DNA of 64,000 bases. Source: Octopus bimaculoides. Its lineage: Eukaryota. Both the position numbers and the translations under genes were made by a program. The first letter of the stretch is position 1, and the number at the start of each line of letters is the position of its first letter. Shown piece by piece: positions 51,408 through 64,000 of the stretch. The stretch spans positions 6,997,261 through 7,061,260 of the forward strand of contig NC_069006.1 of the NCBI RefSeq assembly GCF_001194135.2, in the 5' to 3' direction. Under the pieces are notes generated by a model, which saw only the letters and a list, made by a program, of their open reading frames with translations, made no database searches and was not told the origin of the DNA.

Positions 51408-51730
51408 TTAATAATTGAGGGTACTACAGGTAGCACCGGCACGCTAAAAATAGCAGTCAGAAGACAATTACATGCACAAATTTTCACTGATGCACATTAA
51501 GTGAAGTCAGGGAATGAACAAAAATTCTCAGCCCCCATACCAATAATGAAAAGAATCGTAAATTGGCTTTTCAATTTACAATTCTTTTCGTTATTGGTAT
51601 GGAGACTTAGGATTTTTGTTCATTCCCCCAATTTCAATTAATATGTATCAATGAAAATTTGTGGTTGTAGTTGTCTTCTGACTGCTATTTTTAGTGTGCT
51701 GGTTCTACCCGAAGTAGCCTTAATTACTAA
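51408..51730. repeat. About 320-bp fold-back (long imperfect palindrome), probably a MITE
   Basis: The arms pair along their whole length, e.g. AAAAATAGCAGTCAGAAGACAA / TTGTCTTCTGACTGCTATTTTT and ATACCAATAATGAAAAGAAT / ATTCTTTTCGTTATTGGTAT. Loop is only a few nt, near 51568. Confidence 0.9.
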
Positions 51731-51744
51731 TTTATATATATAGT

Positions 51745-52097
51745 GGCACTCCATCGGTTACGGTGACAAGGGTCCCGGCTGATACGATCAACGGAACAGC
51801 TTGCTTGTGAAATTAACATGTAAGTAGTTGAGCACTCCACAGACACGTGTACCCTTAACGTAGTTCTCAGGGAGATTCAATATGACACAGTGTGTGACAA
51901 GGCTGACCCTTTGAAATACAGGTACAACAGAAACAAGAAGAAAGAGTGAGAGAAAGTTGTGGTGAAACAGTACAGCAGGGTTTGCTGGAGCCTCATGGAG
52001 CTTTAGGTGTTTTCACTCAATAAACACTCCCAATGCCCGGTCTGGGAATCGAAAGCGCGATCCCACTGCCCTAACCACTGGGCCATTGCGCCACCAC
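51745..52097 (-). mobile_element. SINE family E, near full length
   Basis: Homologous to 1140-1350. Confidence 0.8.
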
Positions 52098-53767
52098 ACA
52101 CACATATATATAGTAAGAGGTGGTGCACAGATTTTCTATATCATATATTAAGAAAAAGGAGGTAGTCAGAATTTGGATAAAAACTATTTATTTAGCATTT
52201 TCTTCCCTTTGAGGGATTCACTATGTATTCTTTTTTTTTATTTTTTTTTAAGAAAATTCATAACTTTTATCAACCCACTCACATGTATATAAAAAGTATG
52301 AATTTTCTATAAATCATCATCCATGATGAATCCCTGAAAGGGACAAAAGCACAAAATAATAGTTCTTATCCAAATCTTGACCATCTTTTTTTTAATACAC
52401 ACACATACATATAGATAGACAGACAGACAGATAGATAAATGCATGTGCATGCACACACAAATACAATGGGTTTCTGCAGCCAGCCTTATGCAGTCATATT
52501 TAGGTCCAAATTACATAGAATCAGTGGACTTAGTCAGTGGTGGTGGTCAAAGGTTGTACTCAGGATTATTTGGTAAAGCCTCAAAGAATGGGCAGAAGGA
52601 AGGGAGGGAGAAATTTACCCTCAAACTGGATTAGCTAGTAGATCAGCAATCCTCAACCATGTTTTACCTATGGACCCCCTCTTTGATCCCTATTTTATTC
52701 TACAGGACCCTCATAGTCATTTGATGTTTTTTAAAAAAATCCCATTATGTTTATAGAATTAAATATTATTAGAAATTATATTTAAGAAATTGTGAAAATA
52801 TTTTGTGTACTGTAGTGTAGACATATAATCAATGTATTGCTCATAAAATTTAACAAAAAAAGTCTTGTATAGACCCCTAAGGCTTAATTGGATCCTAGGT
52901 GAGAACCACTGTCACAGACTGACCCTTTAGCATTCAGAATATTCTGTCAAATTTAATGCTTAATTCCTGTTGTTTTGAATTAATCGTGCATTATCTCTCA
53001 TAGTTTTGAGATTTCCAAGATGTGATTGTCTATTTTTTAGAATGATATTACAGGGTAGGTGTAAGAGGCCAGATCTGGCTGGTTTGAACATAAAACAAGG
53101 AGAATATTTTGACCAGATATGGCTAGTTTAAATGCCAGAGTTAAGGATGCAATTTGTCTTAATTTAGAAATTAAGGTCCTTGGTTAAAATTCAGTTTGTT
53201 ATTGTGTAAGACAATTGTGATTAGAAACCAAATGAATTCCAACAAAATTTACACGTAGATATTGAAATATTTCTTATTTCTAAAAATGGATTAATGGTTA
53301 TGCCAACAACCTATACCAAATTGATTCTAGCAGTTTCAAATTATAATCCTAAAGAAGCTGTTCAGCATATTCCACCAGAGAAAAGCTATCAATTTAATCT
53401 ATATTACATCAACTCACCCAAGACTACCAGTGGTTGTATGATAAAAAGTTTCCATTTTAAAATTATCAAAATCAAGTTGATTTGTTTCAAACCCAAATTT
53501 AATAAAGACAAAGTTATTTTGGTAAATTCTTCATTCTTTTCAAAATTAATTGAAACAAAAGCTGTGTATTCCAATAGAAATATAGTGACAAGAGTTGAAA
53601 TACTTAATGGCCACCAAGGCTCCTGGCAGTGTCCAAGACAGTAAAATAGGAGAACAGTCTAGTTTCATACATCATTGTCTATTGTCCTTCCTTCCAAGGT
53701 GAATGAAATAGAATCAGGTACACAGCCAATTATTGAAAAGTAAGAAAGAGGACTAAACCAAAATCTA

Positions 53768-54420
53768 CAACCATAGACATAGGAGTGGCTGTGTGGTAAG
53801 AAGCTTGCTTCCCAACCACATGGTTCCAGGTTCAGTTCCACTGCATGGCAACTTGGGCAAGTGTCTTATATAGCCTTGGGCCGACCAAAGCCTTGTGAGT
53901 GGATTTGGTAGACGGAAACTGAAAGAAGCCCGTCGTATATATGTATATATATATATATATGTAAGTGTGTATGTGTTTGTGTGTCTGAGTTTGTTCTCCC
54001 AACATCACTTGACAACCGATGCTGGTGTGTTTATGTCCCCGTAACTTAGCGGTTCGGCAAAAGAGACCGATAGAATAAGTACTAGGCTTCCAAAGAATAA
54101 GTCCTGGGGTCGATTTGCTCGACTAAAGGCGGTGCTCCAGCATGGCCACAGTCAAAAGACTGAAACAAGTAAAAGAGTATATATATATATATATATACAT
54201 ACATATGTATGTATGTGTTTGTCCCCCACCATCGCTTGACAGCTTATGCTGGTGTGTTTACATCCCTGTAACTTAACAGTTCGGCAATAGAGACCGATAG
54301 AATAAGTACTAGGCTTACAAAGACTAGTTTGTAGTCTAGCACCGCCTTTAGTTTGTTCAACTAAAGGCGGTGCTCCAGCATGGCCACAGTCAAATGACTG
54401 AAACAAGTAAAGGAATAAAA
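53768..54420 (+). mobile_element. SINE family A (tRNA head, internal (TA)/(TG) microsatellite, CCAGCATGGCC...GAAACAAGTAAAAGA tail) with a tandemly duplicated 3' half
   Basis: A-box TGGCTGTGTGG and B-box-like GGTTCAGTTCC. Other copies at about 1-150, 2195-2550, 8205-8530, 15460-15870(-), 20085-20425(-), 27975-28255(-), 39355-39735, 41195-41345(-), 49090-49380, 54685-55070(-) and 55135-55470. Confidence 0.85.
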
Positions 54421-55939
54421 GAACTATACTGGTACAATTTCATCAGCCCTAAAGAGACAAAAAAAGAAACGGCCTACCCTGGCAAGGTTTGAACCTGGTT
54501 CTGATATATATACAACATTAATTAGGTTAATCCAATGACCAGCCTGCTAATTCATCCATCTACACCATTGTCCAAGATAAATAAAATAAAATCAATTACA
54601 ATCCAATCAACAATAAACATTGGCCTAAACAAATCTAGTCTGATCAGTGTGGCTTGACTTGCTAGAAATAACAACCAAATCCCATTTTACTGTCTTTTAC
54701 TTGTTTCAGTCTTTAGACTGCGGCCATCCTGGAGCACTACCTTGAACAACTTTTAGTTGAATGAACCAACCGAAGTATTTATTTTTTTAAGCTTCCTACT
54801 TATTCTATCAGTTTATTTTGCTGATTTGCTAAGTCATGGGGAGATACACACACCAACACCAGTTGTCAAGCACTGGTGAGGGACAAACATAGACACACAC
54901 ACACACACACACACGTATGATGGGCTTCTTTTAGTTTCTGTCTACCAAATCCATTCATAAGGGTTTGGTTGGCCCTTGGCTATAGTAAAAGGCACTCGTC
55001 CAAAGTGCCACACAGTGGGACTGAACCCACAACCACGAGGTTGGGAAGCAAATTTCTTACCACACAGCCACAGTTTAAAAAATAAGACGGTCATGGTTGG
55101 AATATCTTTGACCCCAGTTTTAATTAATCAGGTTAGATTGTGTGGTAAGTAGCTTGCTTACCAACCACATGGTTCTGGGTTCAGTCCCACTGCGTGGCAC
55201 CTTGGGCAAGTGTCTTCTGCTATAGCCTCGGGCCGACCAAAGCCTTGTGAGTGGATTTGGTAGACAGAAACTGAAATACATATATATATATATATATGTA
55301 TGTATGTGTATAAGTTTGTATGTTTACGCCCCCCCCCCCGTAACTTAGCGGTTCAGCAAAAGGCACTGATAGAATAAGTACTAGGCTTGCAAAGAATAAA
55401 TCCTGGGGTCAATTTGCTCGACTAAAGGCGGTGCTCCAGCATGGCTGCAGTCGACTGAAACAAGTAAAAAAAATTAAAAGGACTAAGCAACAGCCTGTGT
55501 GACCCAACAAATAACCAGTATGAAGAACAGGTTGAAGAATATCTGTGCTTACCGAACAAGCAACAATGGAATCACAACAAACTCCTTTAACAGTTATTTG
55601 GAGTTTTATATAAATACAGTTGGTGATATTGATTGTAGTTCTTCACATCAAAGCTGAGTGAAGAAGATGAAGATCCAGCCAGGTACTGGGAGAAATCTTT
55701 TCTTTCCAAGTTTCTGGCTTTATTATTATTATTAAGGCAGCAAGCGAACAGAATTGTTATGGCACCGGACACAAATGTTCAGTGGTATTTCTTCTAGTTC
55801 TTTACAGTCAGAGTTCAAATTCCACCAAGGTTGACTTTGCCTTTCATCCTTTCAGGGTCAATAAAATAAGGACCAGTTGAGCCCTAGACTTTCCCCACTT
55901 CCTCAAAATTTCGGGCCTTGTACCTATAGTAGAAAGGAC

Positions 55940-56293
55940 TATTACCTCTGCCTTAGCGAAGACGGGGGTATTGTTTTCAGTCGTGTTTGTTTGTCTGTGG
56001 ACAAGATATCTCAAGAACCGCAGGATGGGTTCGGACGAAACTTTCAGGGATGTTTGGTATGAACTAGTTTGATTTTGGGATTGATCTGATACCATACAAG
56101 GATTCTGGATTATTTTTCCGTAGTTTTTATTACCTTAATTTTTGAGAGTGGTCAGGTTCATTTTTAGTATTCTCATTTGTGAGAGCAGTCGAGTTTATTT
56201 CAGATATTATCATTTTAAAAATCATCTCTGGCTAATCGTTGAGAGGACGTTGGTGTTGCCTTGGTGGAGGTTTACAATCTCTGAGTGCTCTAA
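55940..56293 (+). mobile_element. Non-autonomous Helentron/HINE (DINE-1-like) element
   Basis: Starts TATTACCTCTGCC, has a TGTTTGTTTGTCTGT microsatellite, and ends CCTTGGTGGAGG...CTGAGTGCTCTA. Subterminal IR CCTCTGCC/GGTGGAGG is consistent with CpG-decayed CCTCCGCC/GGCGGAGG. Confidence 0.65.
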
Positions 56294-59249
56294 CATTCTG
56301 CCATGGTCGACTTTACCTTTCATCCTTTCAAGGTTGATAAAATAAGTACCAGTTGAAAACTGGGGTCAATGTAATTGACTCATCCCCTCCCCCAAAACTG
56401 CTACCCTTGAAATTATTATTATTATTATCAAGGCAGTGAGCTGGTAGTATCAGGATGTGTGACAAAATGCTTAGAGGCATTTCTTCTGAGAACTCAACTT
56501 CCACTTTCATCCTATCAGCATTGATAAACATGAGAGCACCAGCTGAGTGTTAGGGGTCAGTATTATCAACTTGCCCCTTCCCATCAAAATTTCAGTAAAA
56601 AGAATTATTATTATTATTAAATGGAGTCTTAACTAAGATGCCAATTCCTTGACCAGTAATTCACAGACAATCTAACCATAATTAAAAGATGGTAGAATTT
56701 ACCATAATAAACCAGAAGAACCAAATTAGCAGGTAGTAGTACTGGGGCATGTGCTGCAACAGCGTGTCGCTGCATCTACCGTTTGTTGGTGATTCCTTAA
56801 TACTCCTGGTGGAGGATGCCTCTGCACCAGTTGGGCAACAACTGTCCAGCCCAAAGGTCTGTTTAAGTAGTCATTGCTAAAGTGGGACTTACAAGGTTGG
56901 AGTGCAAATCCTACTTCAACTTCTTTTTAGTTGACTTTTATGACACACACAGGAAACGGGTCTGTTCTTTGGCATGCTGGTCCCCACACAGCACAAGAGC
57001 AACGTGTAATGAAGTGTTTTGCTCAAGAACACAATACACCATCCAGTCTGGGAACTGAACCCACAATTTAATGATCATGAGTGCAACATCCTAACCACTA
57101 GGCCAAAATGACAGGTGAAAATCAATGGATGATATTTCAATTTTTGGAATTAAATTTTGTCTATATTCTTAACTGGTGGATTTAGACAAGAGAGACATAT
57201 ATTCCAGATGACAGCAAGTTAAAACTTCTTGACTGAAAGTTAAGAAAAAAAAATATTTAAAAATATATATTATAACCAACAACTTCGGAATATTGCAAAT
57301 AAATAAATAAATGTATATTTATTTAATAAATTGTGTATGATTTTATTTTAGTCACCATTATTATAATAATGGAGAATGAGAAATGGAAATAATCTAGTTG
57401 AAAGCTTGGGAAATATGGTAAATAGTTTTTGAAATTTTATGGTGGAAGAACCAAAGTTTGAATCCTGTGGCAACTTAGGAAATGAGAAATAGCATTCAGC
57501 AGATGAAAATTGTATTAAATGTTGCAGACTTTTATATTGGACTTTTACTGTGTACAAGGAAAAAAGAACTGAGAGATTGCGTATTTTTAGTAACTTTGAT
57601 AGAATGGAAGAGTAAAGGTAATTTGGTTAAAATTTCATTATCATCAGCAACAGCACTGTTTTAACATCCACTTTTCCATGCCTGCATGGGTCAGATGGAG
57701 TTTGTTATTAAGATCTTTGTAACATAATGCAATAAAGTGTTCCCCTGATCATCTATTGCAGTTAGGCATCCAAATGCACTTGGAACACCCAATACAGAAG
57801 CTGCAAATAACTACTGCAATGGTGAAGTGTGCACAGGAACTAAAAATCTATACTTGTGTTTATCTTTTCTGAAACAGATATTCAAGGAACAATGCCCTTC
57901 CTGGTGCGAACCCTCACCTGTTTCCAAAGAGGTAATATTTCCCTGTGGCTTGACTATGTTTTCCCATACAAGACTGGAAACGGAACACATTCCTTCTATG
58001 GCTGTGAGGCTAGTTAATAACTATAATATGATGTCAAAGGTACATAAAGACACACACACACACACACACACACACCATCAGAATTCCACATATCTCACCT
58101 CTCCAAAAGCATTAGAGCAGTAATATATTTAGATGGTTGTTTGTTATGGCCAGTCAGAAAGTGACCACCACTGGCTTCACATCGATAAAGTACTTGATAA
58201 GTCACCCATACAGCTAAACACTTTGTAGTTGCAAAACCAATGGTCACTCTCTAAGCAGCCATAACATCATCATCATCATCATCATCATCATCGTTTAACG
58301 TCCGCTTTCCATGCTAGCATGGATTGGACGATTTGACTGAGGACTGGTGCAACCGGATGGCTACACCAGGCTCATATATATAAAATCAGTTTTCATTTAC
58401 CAAATCCATTCATAAGGCTTAAAGGCAAGCCAGGGCTATAGGAAACACTTACACAAGTTGTCACACAGTTGGATTGAACCCAAGGCCACATGATTGGGGA
58501 AGCAAACAAGCTTCTTAACCACACAGCCACATCTGAACTCAGAAAAAAAGCTACCATAGGCAGCTTTCTAGAATACGCATCCTCAACAAAAATGAAGACT
58601 AAGCTCTACTGCTAAAATATCATTATTTTAAAAACAAAGACAAAAAAAACCACATTAATCTCACATATTTTTCTGATTTCCAAAACAAACATTATATTCT
58701 TTCACAAATGTTGCTGTGATGTCTAACAGTTTAGTCCTGTTCGCCTATTAATGGTGTAATTTACAATAACCAACAGCAAATGGTAATAGTTAGGAGGTAA
58801 ACGAGCTCCAATTATTAACAAATTTATTTTCAGAGTCATTTTCTAAGATAAAATTACTATTATCTAAAGCAAAGACCAACAACAGCATTGATAGCCATTT
58901 TAACTAACGCAGAACATACTGACACTTCGAAGTTGAAACTGGAGTTAATTAACAAAGAAGGAAGGCTGGAACTAGCCTAGTCAGGTCATTACGNNNNNNN
59001 NNNCATTTCAGTACCCACCAGAGACTTGTATCTTTTTGTCTTTTGCTTCTTTCAGTCATTAGACCGTGGCCATGCTGGGGCACCACCTTGATAAGTTTAG
59101 TTGAACAAATTGTGCTCAGCATTTATCTTTAAGTTTGGTACTTATTCTATTGGTCTCTTTTGCCAAACTGCTAAGTCACAGGGCAGGAATAGTGAAGAAC
59201 CTTGTGCCTTTAACAAACTCGCTTTATAACCACATGGTTTTAGGTTTAA

Positions 59250-59452
59250 CCGTTTAGTATTCAGATTACTGTCAAATCTAATGCTTATTTATTTACATTG
59301 TCTTGAATTAATCTTGCATTATCTCATAGCTTTGAAATTTTAATGATGTGATTGTTTAATTTTACTCTAACATTGTAGGATAGGTACGAAATGTTGGATC
59401 TGGCCAGTTTGAACATAAGAGGCAGGATATGGCCATTTTAAATGCTAAAGGG
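59250..59452. mobile_element. piggyBac-like MITE family 1, inserted into the B-box region of a SINE
   Basis: TTAA at 59246-59249 and 59453-59456. SINE sequence continues on both sides. Confidence 0.75.
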
Positions 59453-60342
59453 TTAACACAGCACGCCTCCTTAGACAAGTGTTTTCTACTCTAGCCCCTA
59501 ACTGACCAATGCTTCATGAGTGAAGTGATAAATGGAAACTATGTGGAAGCCTCTGCATGTATATGTGTCTTTGTGCTCTGCCACCACTTGACAACTAGTG
59601 TTGGTTTGTTTACATCCGAACAAAAGAGACCAATGAATTAAGTACCAAGTTTTAAAAAGTTAAATACTGGGATTGATTTGTTTGACTAATCCCATCAAAG
59701 GAAGTGCCCCAGCATGGCCACAGCTGAATGACTGAGAAGAAACGATACTGTGCACCAACTGACACCATCAGGACTACTCACTCTTTCCGTCACAATATGC
59801 TACAAGCACCCAGGAACTGTTTGCTGCTGTGCCAAGGTGATCCTTTTTACAAGCTACAGACACAATCAGGTTCTAAAGGACCAAGGAAATCATAACCCGA
59901 ACAACAGCCTTCGTCTGCATTTAAATGCTCTCTCTCCATTGACCTTTTCAACCAGAACATTCAGTGTTCCAACAGCCCATATTCTGTCAGGTATAAAACA
60001 TAGCAGGATCAGTCACACATCAATGAAAATAGAGTGAAACCTCAGTTTATGAAGTTAATTTGTTCCTGAAATCTTTGTAAACTGAACCTATTTTTCCCGT
60101 AAGAAATTCAAGAGAAATCACTGCAAATTTGAGCAGGGTTGTGCACTGAGCAAAGCTAGACACCAACTGACGTTCTTCCTCCCTGATACTCCAGCTTGTA
60201 CTCAACCCTTGTGGCCAGCTGATGCATTCAGTACTTGAGAGTTTGTCACTCAAGATGGTTTATGTTCACAAAGTTTTTGGTAAACTGAGGTTTCATTGCA
60301 GTTGGTCACATGCAGTCATACTCCCTTACATTCACAGTTTAA

Positions 60343-60564
60343 CCCTTTCATTACTGCATTTATTTTGAGATGCTCTGAGTTTCTTTCAATTAATTTTAAA
60401 TATAACAAAGAATTTAGTAAAATAACTTAGTTATCATTAAGCTAGTGTTAGGAACATAAATTGTGACTAAGGTTTGGTGGAAGATTTTAATTCAAAACTT
60501 ATGAAAACAAGACATTTGTACTACAGAGCCAGACGCAGTCTCAGTCAGGTTGGTAACGAAAGGG
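60343..60564. mobile_element. piggyBac-like MITE family 2
   Basis: TTAA|CCCTTTCATTAC ... GTAACGAAAGGG|TTAA (TIR 11/12). Related fragments at about 37700-37800, 44150-44350, 46480-46620 and 53440-53600. Confidence 0.8.
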
Positions 60565-61729
60565 TTAAACCCTACATGGGTCTACCTCATGTTTCATTTT
60601 TCAAGACTGTCAGTGTTGGTCAAGTAAACATTATCCATGTCGTTTTTTTTAAGTGGACACACAGTCATGGACACAGATGGGTCAGCCGTCCAGTTCAAAT
60701 AGACATAGCATGTTATCTTACAGAATTGTAATGGGCAGCAGGATCAAAACAAGCCAATCCCAAGCAAGCTTGACCGACCCTACGACAAAGGAATCTATCT
60801 GAGGGAGATTTGTCTATTTTTACCAAGTCAAACAACAGCATAGATATTTCTTTGTAACTTGATAAAATAGGTTCCAGGGTTGATATGATAGTGGTCCCCT
60901 AAGTATGTGATGGACCTAGCAAGGATTATAACCCAAAGAATAAAACCAATAAAGGAATATATATGAAGAGAAGATAGATCAATAAATAAGAGTTTAGCTA
61001 GATATAGGAATATTCTTCTACTCTAGGCATTTTGGGAGAGGGAGCCAGTTGATTAGATCAAACCACCGAAAGGATGAAAGGCAAAGTCGATCTCGGTGGA
61101 ATTTGAACTCAGAATGTAAAGACAGACAAAATACCACTAAGCATTTTGCCCAGCATGCTGATGTTTCTTCCAGCTTACTGCTTTAGATATAGGAATATCA
61201 TTAAATGAAATGTACTGGAGGAAGACAACCCACACATTTCTTGCTGATGGAGCCTTCTCTCTCTCTCTCCTGTCTATATATAACAGCCTTACTACCCTGT
61301 CTGCACCAACTACACCAACTACACCACTGGTTTTCAACTGGGGCCCATATAAGATTTTCGGGGTTAAAATTTATGTGTAATAAACTACTTGCATTTCTTT
61401 AATACATAAAATATCTTGTTCTGTGCAATTCCTAATATCTAATTCTAAAAAATATGATGAGATTTTTTGGCTATGAGGGAGGGTTCACTTAAAATTGTTG
61501 AGAACCACTGAACATCATCGTAAGAAGAGAACCTCTACTTACTAGAAAGAGCAACCAAATCTCTATAAAAGCACAACTTGTCCTCTGAGAAAAAAAAAAG
61601 GAGGGGGGGGACATGTTATATAATAAAGATTTAGATACACAATGCCAGAATAAAAAAAAATGGATGGGAATGAGTCGAATATCTTTGGCCAGAGATGAGT
61701 TGCAGCAAAGAACCAATAACATCGCAAGA

Positions 61730-62045
61730 TCCAATAGTTGATGTAGTGTGGTGACTTCTATGTCTCAATGGCCCTGAGAGATATGCCAGTGAAATGCAAG
61801 TTCCTGGGAGGGCCTCCCATGCTGGACAGGGGTCCAAGGAGAGAAGCCAGACTAATGTTATAGACCACCTCTTCCCAGAGGTAAAAAATGGGTGTGAAGA
61901 GGGCCAACATCCCTACATAGAAAAAAGCAAGTTACAGAAGCATTGGAAACAATTCAAAAGCAACAAGATCCAGGAGAGGGTGGACAGTCCAGGGGGAAAG
62001 TCATCGCTGGCCTATGTCCCATAGGGAGCAAAGGGCACAAGTAAC
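61730..62045 (+). mobile_element. Short RTE-derived non-autonomous element (5' UTR-like part joined to an RTE 3' end)
   Basis: GGGAGGGCCTCCCATGCTGGACAGG...CCAGACTAA...CAACATCCCTAC (RTE 5' UTR-like), then GGCCTATGTCCCATAGGGAGCAAAGGGCACAAGTAA (RTE 3' end-like). Recognition is from memory only. Confidence 0.4.
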
Positions 62046-62599
62046 GCCACTTATACCACTTTCATGAGCCAATAAGGGAGCTTCTATGCTCCACTTGCTA
62101 GAGCTCCCTCAAATAAGACTTTATTGTCTTAAGGCGCACATGGAACATGTAGGTCCATAATACACAAAAAGATGAAATATGTTCTGTTTGCTAGAAAGCA
62201 CAGCTAAATCTTCCTAAAATCACATGTAATCATTTTAAAATTGAAAGGACACACAGTTTATGTAAAAAAACTTGGTATTCATGGCTGGAAGGCCTTTGAT
62301 CAAGGTTAACCTGGGTCTAAACAACACCTCCACAATATCTTATTATATGAAAATTGTGTGAAATGGTGGAATGTCATTACAAACACATGAATAATAATAA
62401 TTTTCAACTCTAGGCACAAGGCCTGAAATTTTTGGATAAGGATGGGGGCCAGTCGATTAGATCGAACCCCCCCCCGCCCCCCAGTATGCAACTGGTACTT
62501 AATTTATCAATCCCGAAAGGATGAAAGGCAAAGTTGACCTTAGAACGTAAAGACAGACGAAATACTGCTAAGCATTTTGCCCAGCATGCCAACGTTTCT

Positions 62600-62830
62600 T
62601 ATTTCTTTACTGCCCACAAGGGGCTACACACAGAGGGGACAAACAAGGACAGACAAAAGGATTAAGTCGATTACATCGACCCCACTGCATAACTGGTACT
62701 TATTTAACTGACCCCGAAAGGATGAAAGGCAAAGTCGACCTCGGCAGAATTTGAACTCAGAACACAACGGCAGACGAAATACCATTAAGCATTTCGCCTG
62801 GCATGCTAACATCTCTGCCAGCTCGCTGCC
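62600..62830 (-). mobile_element. SINE family B, young copy tandem to another copy (62405-62600)
   Basis: High similarity to 17655-17882. Confidence 0.8.
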
Positions 62831-64000
62831 TTAACACATGAATAACAACAATAATAAATGTAGACACAAAATGTCTCAAAGCATTTTGCCCAGTGTGCTT
62901 AGCAATGCTGTCTTAATAATAATAATAATAATAATAATAATTCCACAAAGAAGTGGTGAAAGTGGGTGTTAGCCAAAACGATCAACCCTAGTACTTCAAA
63001 AACCATTGAAAGCAACATTTCACTGCGGGGCTGCTGCCCAGTGACTGAAGAACAAGAAACCCCAACAGAAACTTTCCATTTTTCTTTTCTATGTAAGAGC
63101 AGCAAATTCTGAAAAATTCAGAAATTTGCATGGAGGTAAGGGGCCAGTATTTGTTTCCCGCCACTGAATATTCTTGATATCAGTCCCATAATTCTAAATA
63201 CCCAGCATTCTCTACTGTGTTTCAGTGGTATATACACCTTCTCCTCGACTTATAACTGAGCTCCGTTCCAACTGACAGGTTGTAAGTCGATCTGGTCGTA
63301 TGTCAGGTTTATATTTTCATTCAAACGCAACTGATACCTGAAAGCGACTGAACAAGAGACAGTGGCAGGCAATGGATGCCTGAGTCTGAGGGGAGGGGGC
63401 CTGCGTTGCCAGATGCTGCCATAGTTATCATACACACAGCTGCCCAATGTCTGAAATCGATTTATTTATATATATTTCCTTATTTTTTTCTGGTCATATG
63501 TCAAGGAAAAAGTGTATATGTACATGTATATATACACATACACCTGCTCTATATTCAAACAGGCCAGATTTGGCCTCTCACACCCACCCTATAATGTCAT
63601 TTTAGAAATAAACAATCACGTTATTGAAACCTCAAAGCTTTGAGACAATGCGTGATTAATTCAAAACAATGTGAATAAATAAGGATTAGATTTGATTAAG
63701 GAATCTGAATCTTAAAAGGTTATACATTAAATATATATATAAGTATCCCTTTAATATTTAAAATAGTCATTTCCAGGGTGCAAATATTCTGCTTGTTTTA
63801 TGTTCAAACTGGTCAGATCTGGCATCTCATACCTACCCTTTCATGTCATTTTGAACATAATCACATCATCGAAAGACAATGCAGAATTAATTGAAAACAA
63901 TGTGAATAAATAATGCAGAAAATTTGACAGAGTAACCTGAATGCTAAAGGGTTATGTGCACTAAAATATGTACCCTGTAAATGTGCAGCTGAACCAGATG

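Noticed and set aside
1-64000. CRISPR arrays, rRNA genes, prokaryotic operons
   Set aside because: None seen; the sequence is spliced eukaryotic genomic DNA.

Overview
AT-rich, repeat-dense eukaryotic genomic DNA with nine N-gaps. The SINE/MITE complement and microsatellites look like an octopus (cephalopod) assembly; the species is an inference. Three protein-coding genes were reconstructed by hand with splice sites. (1) CPLANE2/RSG1-like small GTPase, minus strand, 5 coding exons, 255 aa; its last intron is an apparent U12-type intron with AT...AG ends. (2) MRPL16, plus strand, 4 exons, 251 aa, head-to-head with CPLANE2. (3) An about 1480-aa multi-C2H2 zinc-finger protein, minus strand, with 10 fingers in 5 pairs, an AT-hook, a PLDLS CtBP motif and two coding tandem repeats. 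The rest is mostly SINEs, MITEs and LINE/mariner remnants. The most unusual non-coding items are a Merlin-like MITE (2 copies, 8-bp TSD) carrying a perfect palindrome of telomeric repeats between nested inverted repeats, a tRNA-headed SINE with a degenerate Penelope-type hammerhead ribozyme fold, and a 320-bp fold-back element. Protein and repeat identities come from recalled family motifs, not database searches. Repeat boundaries are approximate unless a TSD is quoted.
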